Assembly (NCBI GenBank): GCA_044376115.1
Contig: JBILLK010000001.1
Span: 128,001 to 192,000, forward strand
Direction of reading: 5' to 3'
From: Polyangiaceae bacterium
GTDB lineage: Bacteria; Myxococcota_A; Polyangia; Polyangiales; Polyangiaceae
Length of the DNA: 64,000 bases
A program made the translations under genes and the position numbers. Under the pieces are notes generated by a model. That model worked only from the letters and a program-made list of their open reading frames with translations, was not told where the DNA came from and did not search any database. This document shows positions 1-9,368 of the stretch, piece by piece (position 1 is the first letter of the stretch; every line of letters begins with the position of its first letter).

Positions 1-1
1 C

Positions 2-967
2 CCCTCAGGCTGCGGAAAATCAACGGCACTACGCATCATCGCCGGCCTCACCGATGCTGACGGCGGCAGCGTCGAGCTGGGCGGCCGCGAGCTCACGGGC
101 GTCGCGCCACAGGATCGCGATATCGCGATGGTGTTCCAAGGCTACGCCCTCTACCCCCATATGTCGGTCGCCGAGAACATCGAGTTCCCACTCAAGATGC
201 GCGGCGTACCAACGGCAGAGCGGCGCAAGGCGTCTGTCGAGGCTGCCTCGATGCTCGGATTGGAGCCTCTTTTAAAGCGTTATCCGCATGAACTCTCCGG
301 CGGCGAACGCCAACGCGTTGCCATGGGTCGTGCGATCGTACGCAAGCCGAAGCTCTTCCTTTTCGATGAGCCGCTATCCAACTTAGACGCGGCACTTCGC
401 GCGGAGCTCCGCGTGGAACTCGCCAAGCTACTACGCAAGCTTGAAGCAACGGCCATCTACGTAACCCACGACCAAGTCGAGGCGATGACGCTCTCGGACA
501 GACTCGTCGTCATGCGCAATGGCCACGTGGAACAAGCCGATCTCCCTCGTGTGGTCTATGAACAGCCAAGTTCGCAATTCGTGGCTGGCTTCCTCGGTTC
601 ACCGCCAATCAACCTTGCCGAGCTCGCTCGAACCGAGGGCCGCTTCTCGATCGGCAAGCTCGAGCTCGACTTCAAGGGCAGCGAAGAGCGAGTGATCTGG
701 GCTCTCCGCCCAGAAGCGATCACCGTCATGCACGACAATTCGGAAGCCGCTGGGTCGGAGGTGATGGCGAAAGTCACCTTGGTCGAGCCGCTCGGCGCCG
801 AAACGATCGTCCACGCTCGCGTGGAAAATCCTAGCGGACAGCCCTTCGAGCTGCGAGCTGTTTGCCGCGGGTTCTTCAAGCCGGCCCGCGATGCCACCAT
901 CGCCTTGAAGCTCGAAACGAAAGCCTCGCTGTTCTTCGACCCGGAGACTGGCAGGCGGCTCTCGTGA
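2..967 (+). CDS. ugpC: CUT1 ABC importer ATP-binding subunit (UgpC/MalK-like), 5'-truncated by window edge
   Basis: Frame is open from base 2 and reads PSGCGKST (Walker A) before the track's start at 128; also VFQ Q-loop, LSGGERQR signature, FLFDEP Walker B, VTHDQ and a C-terminal TOBE-like VEPLGAET. Confidence 0.9.
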   Translation, partial: PSGCGKSTALRIIAGLTDADGGSVELGGRELTGVAPQDRDIAMVFQGYALYPHMSVAENIEFPLKMRGVPTAERRKASVEAASMLGLEPLLKRYPHELSGGERQRVAMGRAIVRKPKLFLFDEPLSNLDAALRAELRVELAKLLRKLEATAIYVTHDQVEAMTLSDRLVVMRNGHVEQADLPRVVYEQPSSQFVAGFLGSPPINLAELARTEGRFSIGKLELDFKGSEERVIWALRPEAITVMHDNSEAAGSEVMAKVTLVEPLGAETIVHARVENPSGQPFELRAVCRGFFKPARDATIALKLETKASLFFDPETGRRLS

Positions 968-2223
968 GCAGCAGCCAACTTGGAAGACGCGGCCTATTGC
1001 AGGCCTCGTCCGCGACGATTGTCTCTTCGCTGGTTGGCTGCAAAGAAGACAACCGGCCGCCACTGTGGTTCAGCTATGGCGGTAAGAATCGCGAAGAGCT
1101 GCTCAAGCTGGTTGATGAGTTCAACAAGCTCGAGCCCGCCCACGCGCTGAAGCCGGTCTTTCAAGGAGACTACTTTGAGCTGCTTGCGAAGCTTCGAACC
1201 GCGCTCTCCGCAGGCCGGGCCCCTGCCGTCACCCACGTAATCGCAGAGGTGGTTCCCTACCTCGTTCAAGCAAACGTGCTCGCCGACCTGAGCCCACTTC
1301 TCGAGGGCGACCTCGAGCTGGTTCCGCAGCTCTCCGAGCTAGGCACCTATTCTGGTAAGCAGCAGCCAGGAACGTTCGGGCTACCGTTCAATCGCAGCAC
1401 GCCCATCGCCTACTTCAATGGCAACCAACTAAAGGAGCTCGGCCTTTCGCCGCCCACCACCTGGAGCGAGCTACGGACCTTCGCGCAGGCGGCGACCAGC
1501 TCCACATCCTCGGGCACCCGCTATGGGTTTGCTTGCCCGGTCGATTGGTGGTTCTGGGTTGCCCTCGTGTACCAGGCGGGCGGCGAGCTCTGCGATCAAG
1601 AGGGCCGGTTTACGCTCGGCGGCGAGGCCGGGGTTGAAGCGCTCGCGCTCTGGCAAGCGCTCGTGCATGAGGACAAGACGATGCGGCCGCCCTCAGGACG
1701 TGACTACACCGCTTGGGGCAATATCAATCAGGAGTTCCTCGCAGGCCGGTTCGCCATGATCTGGAACTCCTCGGCCTTCCTCCGCTACCTCGAGACCAAC
1801 GCGAGCTTTCCCGTGATCGCCGCTCCCTTGCCTGCCAAGCTCACGACCGGGGTACCGTCGGGTGGGACGATGTTCGTCGTCCCAAACAGTTGCCCGCCCG
1901 AATGGCGTGAAGGGGTCGGCAGGTTTCTTCGCTTCATGATGAGCCCGCGATGTTCAAACCAGTTCGCGACCAATACCGGCTATATCCCAGTTACCCGGCC
2001 AGGCATCCAGACGCTCCAAGAAGCCGGGCACTACAAGCGATTCCCCAATGACGCTGTCGCCATCGGCCAACTCGAGGCGGTGCGCCCATGGCCCTGGAGC
2101 AAAAAGCTGTTTCGCGTTCAGCGCGAAGTGATGCAGTCCCGCCTCGAGGCGGCCGTGCTGAACAACGAACACCCTGCACAGGCCATGAGAGCGGCGATCC
2201 AAGCGGTTGCGGTGGAGACATGA
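964..2223 (+). CDS. Extracellular solute-binding lipoprotein (UgpB-like), probable Tat lipoprotein
   Basis: GTG at 964 overlaps the upstream stop (GTGA). N-terminus LGRRGLL...SLVGC gives a twin-Arg motif plus lipobox. PFNRSTPIAYFN and TGYIPV motifs match family-1 solute-binding proteins. Confidence 0.85.
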   Translation: MSSSQLGRRGLLQASSATIVSSLVGCKEDNRPPLWFSYGGKNREELLKLVDEFNKLEPAHALKPVFQGDYFELLAKLRTALSAGRAPAVTHVIAEVVPYLVQANVLADLSPLLEGDLELVPQLSELGTYSGKQQPGTFGLPFNRSTPIAYFNGNQLKELGLSPPTTWSELRTFAQAATSSTSSGTRYGFACPVDWWFWVALVYQAGGELCDQEGRFTLGGEAGVEALALWQALVHEDKTMRPPSGRDYTAWGNINQEFLAGRFAMIWNSSAFLRYLETNASFPVIAAPLPAKLTTGVPSGGTMFVVPNSCPPEWREGVGRFLRFMMSPRCSNQFATNTGYIPVTRPGIQTLQEAGHYKRFPNDAVAIGQLEAVRPWPWSKKLFRVQREVMQSRLEAAVLNNEHPAQAMRAAIQAVAVET

Positions 2224-3101
2224 AACCGCGGTCCCGAGTGCACCCGTATCTGATGGTCGCGCCAACCGTTTTGGTGCTGAGCGTCTTCTTCGTCGTTCCG
2301 CTGATAAGGTCCTTGCAACTGAGCTTTAGCCATTGGGACCTGCTGACGCCGCCCGAGCCAGCGGGGCTATCCAACTACGACCGACTGATTTCGAGTGGGC
2401 AGCTTCTAGGCATCGTCTCGAGGACCCTTACCTTTGGCGTCATCGTTGTCGTTGGCAGCACCTCGCTCGGCTTGCTACTGGCGATCTTGCTCAATCGCCA
2501 AGGCCGCATTTACGCATTTGTTCGCGGCGCCGTCTTCAGCGCCTACGTCGTCTCCTGGGTAGCGGTTGCGCTCTTATGGATGTGGCTCTTGGACGGTGAC
2601 GCTGGGCTCGTCTCGAGGCTCTTTCGAGCGGTTGGGCTACCGACAACCAATTGGCTAGGGAACCCGAGCACGGCTCTTTATGCCATTGCCGCCGTCACGA
2701 TCTGGAAGATCACCGGCTACGCCATGGTGATCTACCTGGCTGGGCTAACAGCTATTCCTCAATCTTTGTATGAGGCGGCCGCGTTGGATGGCGCCAAGCG
2801 CTGGAGCCTGTTTTGGCATATCACGTGGCCCTCGCTCAAACCAACGACGGTCTTCGTAGCGACCACGGGTCTCATCATGAGCTTTCAAGCGTTCGATGTC
2901 GTGCGGGTGATGACGCAAGGCGGACCAGCCCAGTCCACGACGCTCTTCGTCTATGCCATCTACGAAGAGATCTTTCAGAACCTGCGCGTTGGCCGAGCCA
3001 GCGCCCTGATCGTCTGCTTCTTTGTGCTGCTCATGGGGTTGACCGCGCTCAACCTCAGGGCATTTCGCCAGCGCACCTCGAGCGCTGAGGGCTCACGATG
3101 A
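2220..3101 (+). CDS. Carbohydrate ABC permease (UgpA-like)
   Basis: ATGA overlap at 2220; about 6 TM segments; EAA loop LYEAAALDGA; TQGGP motif. Confidence 0.9.
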   Translation: MKPRSRVHPYLMVAPTVLVLSVFFVVPLIRSLQLSFSHWDLLTPPEPAGLSNYDRLISSGQLLGIVSRTLTFGVIVVVGSTSLGLLLAILLNRQGRIYAFVRGAVFSAYVVSWVAVALLWMWLLDGDAGLVSRLFRAVGLPTTNWLGNPSTALYAIAAVTIWKITGYAMVIYLAGLTAIPQSLYEAAALDGAKRWSLFWHITWPSLKPTTVFVATTGLIMSFQAFDVVRVMTQGGPAQSTTLFVYAIYEEIFQNLRVGRASALIVCFFVLLMGLTALNLRAFRQRTSSAEGSR

Positions 3102-3916
3102 AGTCCGGTTGGCCCTCTCGCCTTGCGGGCAATACCGCATTGATCGCGGCCGGGACACTCTGGCTGCTTCCCTATGCGTGGATGACAACGACGTCCTTCA
3201 AGAGCCTCGATGAGATCGTCCGTGCGCCTACCGCGCCGTGGGCAGAGCGGCCCAACTTAGACGCCTACCGCGAGGTATTTCAGAGCGTCCCGGTCGGGCG
3301 CTACCTACTCAATACAGTCATCATGGCGCTCTTGATCGCGACGCTGCAGATTCTACTGGCGCTGCCAGCTGGCTACGCCCTCGCTAAGTTGCATTGGCGT
3401 GGCAGACGTGCGGCCATGAGCCTCGTGCTCGGCTGCCTGCTCATTCCTCCGCAGGTAACCTTCGTCTCGGTCTTTGCGATGCTAGCTCCGTTGGGGCTCA
3501 TCAACACCATGACCTCCTTGGTTGCGCCCTTCGCTGTAAGTGCCTTTGGAACCTTTCTAGTACGGCAAGCACTAATCGCTATTCCCGACGAGATCGTGGA
3601 GGCAGCGCGACTGGACGGGGCATCAGAACTGCGGATCATCTTTGGTATCCTCGCTCCGCTCCTGAGGCCCACCTTGGTGGCGATGTTCCTGTTCTCGTTC
3701 ATCTACCACTACTCGGACTACTTCTGGCCGCTGGTGATGACCACCGATGATGTGAACCGAACACTGCCGATGGGCATCGCCCTCTTGCGGGAACAGGGAA
3801 CCGGCGTTCGTTGGCACATCGTGATGGCAGGCAACGTGATCCTCTCTGCCCCCGTGCTGCTCGTGTTTCTCGTGGCTCAGCGCCACATCATCCGGGCCGT
3901 CGCCAGGAGCAGCTGA
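3098..3916 (+). CDS. Carbohydrate ABC permease (UgpE-like)
   Basis: ATGA overlap; AGYALAK, EAARLDGA, DYFWPL and QRHII motifs. Confidence 0.9.
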   Translation: MKSGWPSRLAGNTALIAAGTLWLLPYAWMTTTSFKSLDEIVRAPTAPWAERPNLDAYREVFQSVPVGRYLLNTVIMALLIATLQILLALPAGYALAKLHWRGRRAAMSLVLGCLLIPPQVTFVSVFAMLAPLGLINTMTSLVAPFAVSAFGTFLVRQALIAIPDEIVEAARLDGASELRIIFGILAPLLRPTLVAMFLFSFIYHYSDYFWPLVMTTDDVNRTLPMGIALLREQGTGVRWHIVMAGNVILSAPVLLVFLVAQRHIIRAVARSS

Positions 3917-4004
3917 CGCAAAGGGTGGGCGGCCAATGATCCACGAATGATGCGTCATTCGATGGTTGTCCCTGCCTGGAGTGAGTTGTGCTTGAGTATG
4001 ACTC

Positions 4005-5432
4005 ATGTTGAGCCGCACTCGTCGCTTCGTCACCGCCCTGGCCCTTGCCCTGCCCGTCCTCGTCTCCTGTGACAACGGCACCGAGTCCAACTCGGACGAC
4101 ATCACCGACGTCAAGAACTCCTCGGTCAAGAACCAATCGATCGGCAATTGTTGGGTCTACGCCACGATCGGCTGGGCAGAATCACTGCACCTCACCCAGT
4201 CCGGCGAGGAGCTCAATCTCTCGGAGTCATACATCACGTACATGCACTGGCTCGAGGAGATTGCCGGGCCGCCGAAGGGCGAAGTGACCGTAGCGAGCTT
4301 GGACAAGGGCCAACTCTCGACCGGTGGCTGGTTCGGGCTCGCGGCAGAGTTGATGCGTCGTTACGGAGTCATCTCCGAAGGAAAGTTCATTCCCGAAGAG
4401 GCCGAAGCAGCTCGCTCCTCACGCCAGTCTTCGGCGCTCGCGGCGATGAACGAGTCGCTCAAGAACGGCGCCCTCAAGGACACTGCGGCCAGGCGCGATC
4501 GAAAGCTCGTACGCAAGGAGCTCGATAAGGCCTGGGGCCTCACGCCAGAAACCACGGCTCTACTCGACAAGGTGTTTGGCGCTGACATGTCCAAGACCCT
4601 GATCTCGGGTGTCAGCCTGCCGGCTGGCTCTGGGCTGATGCACCCCAAAGACATAACGGTGGGTAGCAAGATTTCGCTCGCCGACGCGATCGGAACGCCC
4701 GCGTCCAGCACCAACGTGCTCCAGCGCAAAGGGAAGTACGCCTGGAATGAGGTCTCCTATCCGACGACAGCCAAAGCACGGCGCGACTTCTTCAAGAAGA
4801 TGCAGAGCGCAATGCACGTCGGAATGCCGGTGGTGATGGTCTGGTACGTCGACTTTGCTGCTTTGGACGGCCAGAACCGCTTCATGGCACCTCCGACCAC
4901 CCCCGGTCGACAGGGCGGGCATATGACGATTGTCGAGGACTACCAGGTCTCCAACGTTCCAGGGTTCGGCACGCTCGCCGCGGGCACCTTGGTGACCGAC
5001 AACAAGGCGCTCGACGCTGCTCTGGCAGACCAAGCCACCATCGACTTCATTCGTATGAAGAACTCGTGGGGCTCAAGCCTCGCGCCGCCCGAGGCAAGCA
5101 CCGACCTCCGAGGCTATTATGATATTTATAAAAAGTACATGGACGGCCCCCTGACGAAGTGCACGGAGGCGAACGGCGACAAGTGCGGTAAGAAGACCAA
5201 TACTGCTGGGCTCACCGGGCTGGTCCTTCCCCCTGAAGCGTTCGTCACGGCTTCACTGGTCAAAGAAGGCGCCTGCGGGGACATCTGCATTGCAGGTCCA
5301 GCCCGGTCGCCGTCCTGTGATGAGTGCACCGACTTGATTTGCAGTGAGGACGCGTTCTGCTGCGCCAACGAATGGGATGCAGCTTGTGTCGACAAGGCTA
5401 CGGCCATCTGCGATCTTTCGTGCACTCAGTAG
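4005..5432 (+). CDS. Papain-like (C1) cysteine peptidase lipoprotein with C-terminal Cys-rich module
   Basis: Lipobox VLVSC; NQSIGNCW (oxyanion Gln, catalytic Cys), LSES, GGHM (His) and KNSWG (Asn); 10 Cys in the last ~52 aa. Confidence 0.8.
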   Translation: MLSRTRRFVTALALALPVLVSCDNGTESNSDDITDVKNSSVKNQSIGNCWVYATIGWAESLHLTQSGEELNLSESYITYMHWLEEIAGPPKGEVTVASLDKGQLSTGGWFGLAAELMRRYGVISEGKFIPEEAEAARSSRQSSALAAMNESLKNGALKDTAARRDRKLVRKELDKAWGLTPETTALLDKVFGADMSKTLISGVSLPAGSGLMHPKDITVGSKISLADAIGTPASSTNVLQRKGKYAWNEVSYPTTAKARRDFFKKMQSAMHVGMPVVMVWYVDFAALDGQNRFMAPPTTPGRQGGHMTIVEDYQVSNVPGFGTLAAGTLVTDNKALDAALADQATIDFIRMKNSWGSSLAPPEASTDLRGYYDIYKKYMDGPLTKCTEANGDKCGKKTNTAGLTGLVLPPEAFVTASLVKEGACGDICIAGPARSPSCDECTDLICSEDAFCCANEWDAACVDKATAICDLSCTQ

Positions 5433-5464
5433 ACTAAGCCAGCGCCTTCCCAGCTGCATCCGCC

Positions 5465-5495
5465 CAAGGCCTCACAACGTCGTTGTGGGGCCTTG
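5465..5495. terminator. Near-perfect 31-bp palindrome/hairpin between peptidase and tetR
   Basis: caaggcctcacaacg-t-cgttgtggggccttg, with one G-T wobble. No clear U-tract, so a terminator role is uncertain. Confidence 0.45.
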
Positions 5496-5520
5496 ACGTT
5501 TCCATCGCTGGAGACCATTG

Positions 5521-5536
5521 TTGAGTCCGAACTCAA
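5521..5536 (+). promoter_or_regulatory. Candidate TetR operator (TTGAGT-N4-ACTCAA)
   Basis: Perfect inverted repeat just before the ATG at 5538, downstream of a possible TTGACG-N17-CATTGT promoter (5493-5521). Confidence 0.5.
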
Positions 5537-5537
5537 A

Positions 5538-6164
5538 ATGGCCCGCCCCCCCACCATCCGCGACGAAGACATTCTCGAGGCCGCACGCGCCGTGCTGCTC
5601 GAGCGTGGGCTGTTCGCCACGGCAGCGGAGGTAGCTACTCGCGCAGGGATCAGTGAAGGGTCAATCTTTCACCGCTTCAAGACCAAGGAAGCGCTGTTCG
5701 GCGCTGCCTTCTTGTCGGGCCAGGGAGCGAGTGACCTACCCGAGTGGATCACGAGTCTGTCGCGCCGCGTCGGCAAAAGCACGATCGAGGAGCAACTCGA
5801 GACGATGTGTCATGAGGGCATTGCGTTCTTTCGACTGCTCATCCCGTTCGTCATGCTGACTTGGTCCAAGGGCCCGCAGGACCACGGTCCAGGTGAACCC
5901 CCGCCGATCCGAGCTTTGAAGGGCCTCGCGGCCTACTTCGAGGCCGAGATGAACGCTGGGCGCCTCGCCGTCCGTGATCCTGAGGTCGTCGCAAGGACGT
6001 TCATGGGCGCGCTGTGGAACTTCGTCTCGATGGAACTCATGTTTGAGAGCCGCGAGCGGATGCCCTTGGCACAGGCAACCTTCGTGCGGTCCTTCTGCGC
6101 GCTACTTCTCGACGGGCTTACGCCGAGGCACACCTCGCCGGCTCCAAAGAAAGGCTCCCTCTGA
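5538..6164 (+). CDS. TetR/AcrR family transcriptional regulator
   Basis: MARP start and HTH ILEAARAVLLERG...EVATRAGISEGSIFHRFKTKEALF; first gene of an efflux operon. Confidence 0.92.
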   Translation: MARPPTIRDEDILEAARAVLLERGLFATAAEVATRAGISEGSIFHRFKTKEALFGAAFLSGQGASDLPEWITSLSRRVGKSTIEEQLETMCHEGIAFFRLLIPFVMLTWSKGPQDHGPGEPPPIRALKGLAAYFEAEMNAGRLAVRDPEVVARTFMGALWNFVSMELMFESRERMPLAQATFVRSFCALLLDGLTPRHTSPAPKKGSL

Positions 6165-6166
6165 CC

Positions 6167-7540
6167 ATGTCACACCAACGATTGAGGTCCCCATCAATGA
6201 GCCTCCGTTTTTTTGGGTCATTTTTGATTCTTCCCTCAATTATTGGGGGCCTCAGCGCAGAGGCGCAGGAGGCTAGCCCTGCGCCTCTACCGGCGGAAAC
6301 TGCTCAAGACGCGGCCCCTCCCTCGATGCCGACGCTGGCCGAGTTCGTTTCTGCTGGAGCAGCTCACGCAGCCGCCAACCTCGAGGCAGAGGCAATCATC
6401 GAGCAGCGGGAACGCGAGCACGAGCAAGCCATCCTTGGACTGTTGCCGGTTCTATCTGCCAATGCGGCCTACACGCGCAACCAAACAGAAGCGTCAGTGT
6501 CGATTCCGGACGCTACCGGCCAGGTAACCTCCATTGTGATTACCCCCCAAAACCAGCTCGACTTCACGGTCCGCCTCGACGCGACCTTGGTCGATGTCAG
6601 TGCGTTTTACGGAATTGGGAGTGCCAGCCTTCGAGTTGAATCGGCGCAACTATCGAAGCAGGCCACGGAGCTGGATATTGAACGTGAGGTCACCCAAGCC
6701 TACTGGCAGCGGGTCGCAGCTGAGGCCGTGGTCCGATCGGCGGAGCGCAGTATCGTCGTGGCGGTAGAGAACCGCCGTGTTGTCGCCGTGCGCAAAGACG
6801 CGGACCTCGCGTCCGAACTTGACCTCGACCGGGCTGATTCGGCAATAGCGCGAGCGAAGCAAACGCTCGCTGAGGCCAGCCTATCCAAGTCGCTTGCCGC
6901 GCGGAAGCTACGCACGTTGACTGGCTTGGCGGCCGATGGCGCCGCTCCGATGTTTGAGGCCAAGCTCGAACCAGCAGCGCCGCTCAAGTCACTGGAGGGC
7001 CGAGCATCGAACACGCCGTCTGTGCTACTAGCCGCCAAGAACGTAGAGAGTGCTGAAACGAGTGAGACGGTCAGCTGGCTTGGCCTCGTCCCCAGAATCA
7101 GCGCTAGCGCACAGGAGCGATTCACCAACGCCGCGGGTTTTGGTCCAAGTCCGGTGTATTCGATTTCGCTTCAGGCCGAATGGCGTTTAGACCCTGCCGT
7201 TATTGGTCGCTCTCGCACCGAGGGCGCCAGCGTGAAGGTCGCGCAGGCAAGTCATGCGCGCGCCGTCTCTGCGGCCAACGCAGCCATCGAAGACGCCTGG
7301 CTCGAGGTCGAGAGTCGGACGGAGGCCGTCAGGTCCGCACGCAGCGAGGCGCTCACCGCCGCGCGCGCGGCAGAGAACGCCAAACTGCTTTACCAAGCCA
7401 ACAAAGCTTCACAGCTCGAGGTCACCACGGCCGACCGCGACGCGCTCGCGGCTGAGGTCAACCGTATTCAGGCCGAAGCGAACCTCGAGCTTTCTCGCGC
7501 ACTGCTGCTCTTGGCGCAGCGGCAAGGAAAGGCTCCGTGA
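6167..7540 (+). CDS. TolC family outer-membrane efflux protein
   Basis: Signal peptide; two repeated halves (LLPVLSANAAY / LVPRISASAQE) with long amphipathic helices; operon context. Confidence 0.8.
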   Translation: MSHQRLRSPSMSLRFFGSFLILPSIIGGLSAEAQEASPAPLPAETAQDAAPPSMPTLAEFVSAGAAHAAANLEAEAIIEQREREHEQAILGLLPVLSANAAYTRNQTEASVSIPDATGQVTSIVITPQNQLDFTVRLDATLVDVSAFYGIGSASLRVESAQLSKQATELDIEREVTQAYWQRVAAEAVVRSAERSIVVAVENRRVVAVRKDADLASELDLDRADSAIARAKQTLAEASLSKSLAARKLRTLTGLAADGAAPMFEAKLEPAAPLKSLEGRASNTPSVLLAAKNVESAETSETVSWLGLVPRISASAQERFTNAAGFGPSPVYSISLQAEWRLDPAVIGRSRTEGASVKVAQASHARAVSAANAAIEDAWLEVESRTEAVRSARSEALTAARAAENAKLLYQANKASQLEVTTADRDALAAEVNRIQAEANLELSRALLLLAQRQGKAP

Positions 7541-8679
7541 AGAACCTAGGCCACTATCGAGTCATGGCATCAGTCGGTTTCCGAATGATGTTTTACGATA
7601 AGGCAAAGCTCGTCGGAACGATCCTCGGCGTCATCTTCGCGGTCGTGCTCGGGGTCCAGCAATTGAGCATTCTGCTCGGGCTTCTGTCGAAGAACACGAT
7701 GTTCATCGACAACTCCGGTGCCGATCTCTGGATTGTCCCGCCGGGCACTTCACAGCTGCAGTCCGGTAGCCTTATGTCGGATAGCGTACTCGCAAGAGCA
7801 CGCACGACCGAGGGCGTAGCGATCGCCGAACCACTGCTGTACAGAAGCGCGACCCTCAAGAAGCCCTCGGGCGGAGTTGAGCCAGTTACGTTAGTAGGGA
7901 CGAATTTTCCCTCGAGACTCGGCGGGCCCTGGAACGTGGTATCGGGCCAGCCGGAGGCTTTGACTGAACCTGACACTGTGATTCTCGAGGATTCCGAGCG
8001 CGAAAAATACGGGGGTATCGATCTTGGTTCGGTACGTGAATTAAACGGTAGACGAGTTCGCGTCGGAGGCTTTACCTGGGGGCTATTGCCCTTCGGTCCG
8101 GCGTACGCCTTCGCTGAGCTGGGGCACGCGCGGGATATAACCTCAACAGCTACCGACCAGATGAGCTTCGTCCTCGTGAAGGTGCGACCTGGGGAAGACA
8201 TCGAGGTAGTCCGTGAGCAGCTCGCGAAGAAGATTCCGGAGCAGCTGGTGCTTACGCGCACGGGGTTCTCGCGAACCGTCGTTACCACGCTGCTGCGGGA
8301 ACAACTTGGCGCCTCCTTCGCAACGTCCACCGCCTTCGGCTTGATTATCGGGTTTGTAATTGTCGCCCTATCGATGTTCTCGAGCGTTCTAGATAATCTG
8401 CGTGAGTTCGGAACGCTCAAGGCGATTGGCTGTACCAACTTCGACCTGGCGCTATTGCTCTTTTGCCAAGCAACGCTGTACGGGCTAATTGGCTCACTCC
8501 TCGGCTTGGGCCTGGTCGCTCGTATGGCAGAAGGCATTCGCGGACCGAAGCTGGTCCCGATTGTGCCGGAGGTGTTTTACGCCGTCGTCCCGCTCATCAT
8601 GGTGATGGTCTGCTTAGTCGCTTCGCTCCTCGCCTTGGGGCGCATCCGAAAGCTCGAACCAGGGATGGTTTTCCGATGA
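7537..8679 (+). CDS. ABC exporter permease, DevC/FtsX-like
   Basis: One TM, a large periplasmic loop, then three TMs; GADLWI, REFGTLKAIG and C-terminal KLEPGMVFR. Confidence 0.85.
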   Translation: MKNLGHYRVMASVGFRMMFYDKAKLVGTILGVIFAVVLGVQQLSILLGLLSKNTMFIDNSGADLWIVPPGTSQLQSGSLMSDSVLARARTTEGVAIAEPLLYRSATLKKPSGGVEPVTLVGTNFPSRLGGPWNVVSGQPEALTEPDTVILEDSEREKYGGIDLGSVRELNGRRVRVGGFTWGLLPFGPAYAFAELGHARDITSTATDQMSFVLVKVRPGEDIEVVREQLAKKIPEQLVLTRTGFSRTVVTTLLREQLGASFATSTAFGLIIGFVIVALSMFSSVLDNLREFGTLKAIGCTNFDLALLLFCQATLYGLIGSLLGLGLVARMAEGIRGPKLVPIVPEVFYAVVPLIMVMVCLVASLLALGRIRKLEPGMVFR

Positions 8680-9368
8680 CTGTCAACGTACGCGCACGCA
8701 ACATCCGTAAGGTCTATGGCGAGGGAGACGTCGCTTATCACGCGCTTCGTGGCGTCGATCTCGACGTTGCAGCGGGCGAGTTCATGATGCTCGCAGGACC
8801 GTCTGGGAGTGGCAAAACCACCCTTTTGTCGATCCTGGGCTGCGTGCTCTCGGCGACGAGCGGTTCACTCGAGCTATTTGGGGAAGACATTAGCAAGCTG
8901 CCAGCGCGCAAACTTCCGCAGATTCGGCTTTCGCGGATCGGCTTTATCTTTCAAGGCCACAACCTGATCGCGTCGCTACCCGCTCGCGACAACGTCGCTT
9001 TGGTGATGCGTCTCCAGGGAGCTAGTTCGTCGGTCGCCCTGAAGCGAGCTGATGCAATGCTCGACCGGGTGGGATTGGGCGATAAGCGGCATAGCTCGCC
9101 CAATCAACTATCGGGCGGTCAGCGTCAGAGGGTCGCTATTGCACGGGCTCTCGCAGCCTCACCACCGCTCATCCTGGCCGACGAGCCCACAGCTGCGTTG
9201 GATGCGCAGAGCGGACTACTGGTGACCGAGCTACTCAAAGACCTAAGTCGTGAGAGTGGCCATACCGTCGTCGTCGTTACGCACGACAGTCGAATCTTTC
9301 ATCTAGCTGACCGCATGGTTCATATCGAGGACGGCCAAATTCAGCGTTCGGGAGTAGAGGCAGCATGA
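8676..9368 (+). CDS. ABC exporter ATP-binding protein, DevA/LolD-like
   Basis: ATGA overlap at 8676; GPSGSGKT, LSGGQRQR, LADEPT and VTHD. Confidence 0.92.
   Translation: MTVNVRARNIRKVYGEGDVAYHALRGVDLDVAAGEFMMLAGPSGSGKTTLLSILGCVLSATSGSLELFGEDISKLPARKLPQIRLSRIGFIFQGHNLIASLPARDNVALVMRLQGASSSVALKRADAMLDRVGLGDKRHSSPNQLSGGQRQRVAIARALAASPPLILADEPTAALDAQSGLLVTELLKDLSRESGHTVVVVTHDSRIFHLADRMVHIEDGQIQRSGVEAA

Noticed and set aside
3944..3961. Inverted repeat cgaatga-tgcg-tcattcg after the ABC importer
   Set aside because: Short, with no U-tract; cannot distinguish terminator, operator or chance.
7593..8537. 314-aa antisense ORF
   Set aside because: It is the shadow of the well-supported permease on the opposite strand and has no motifs.
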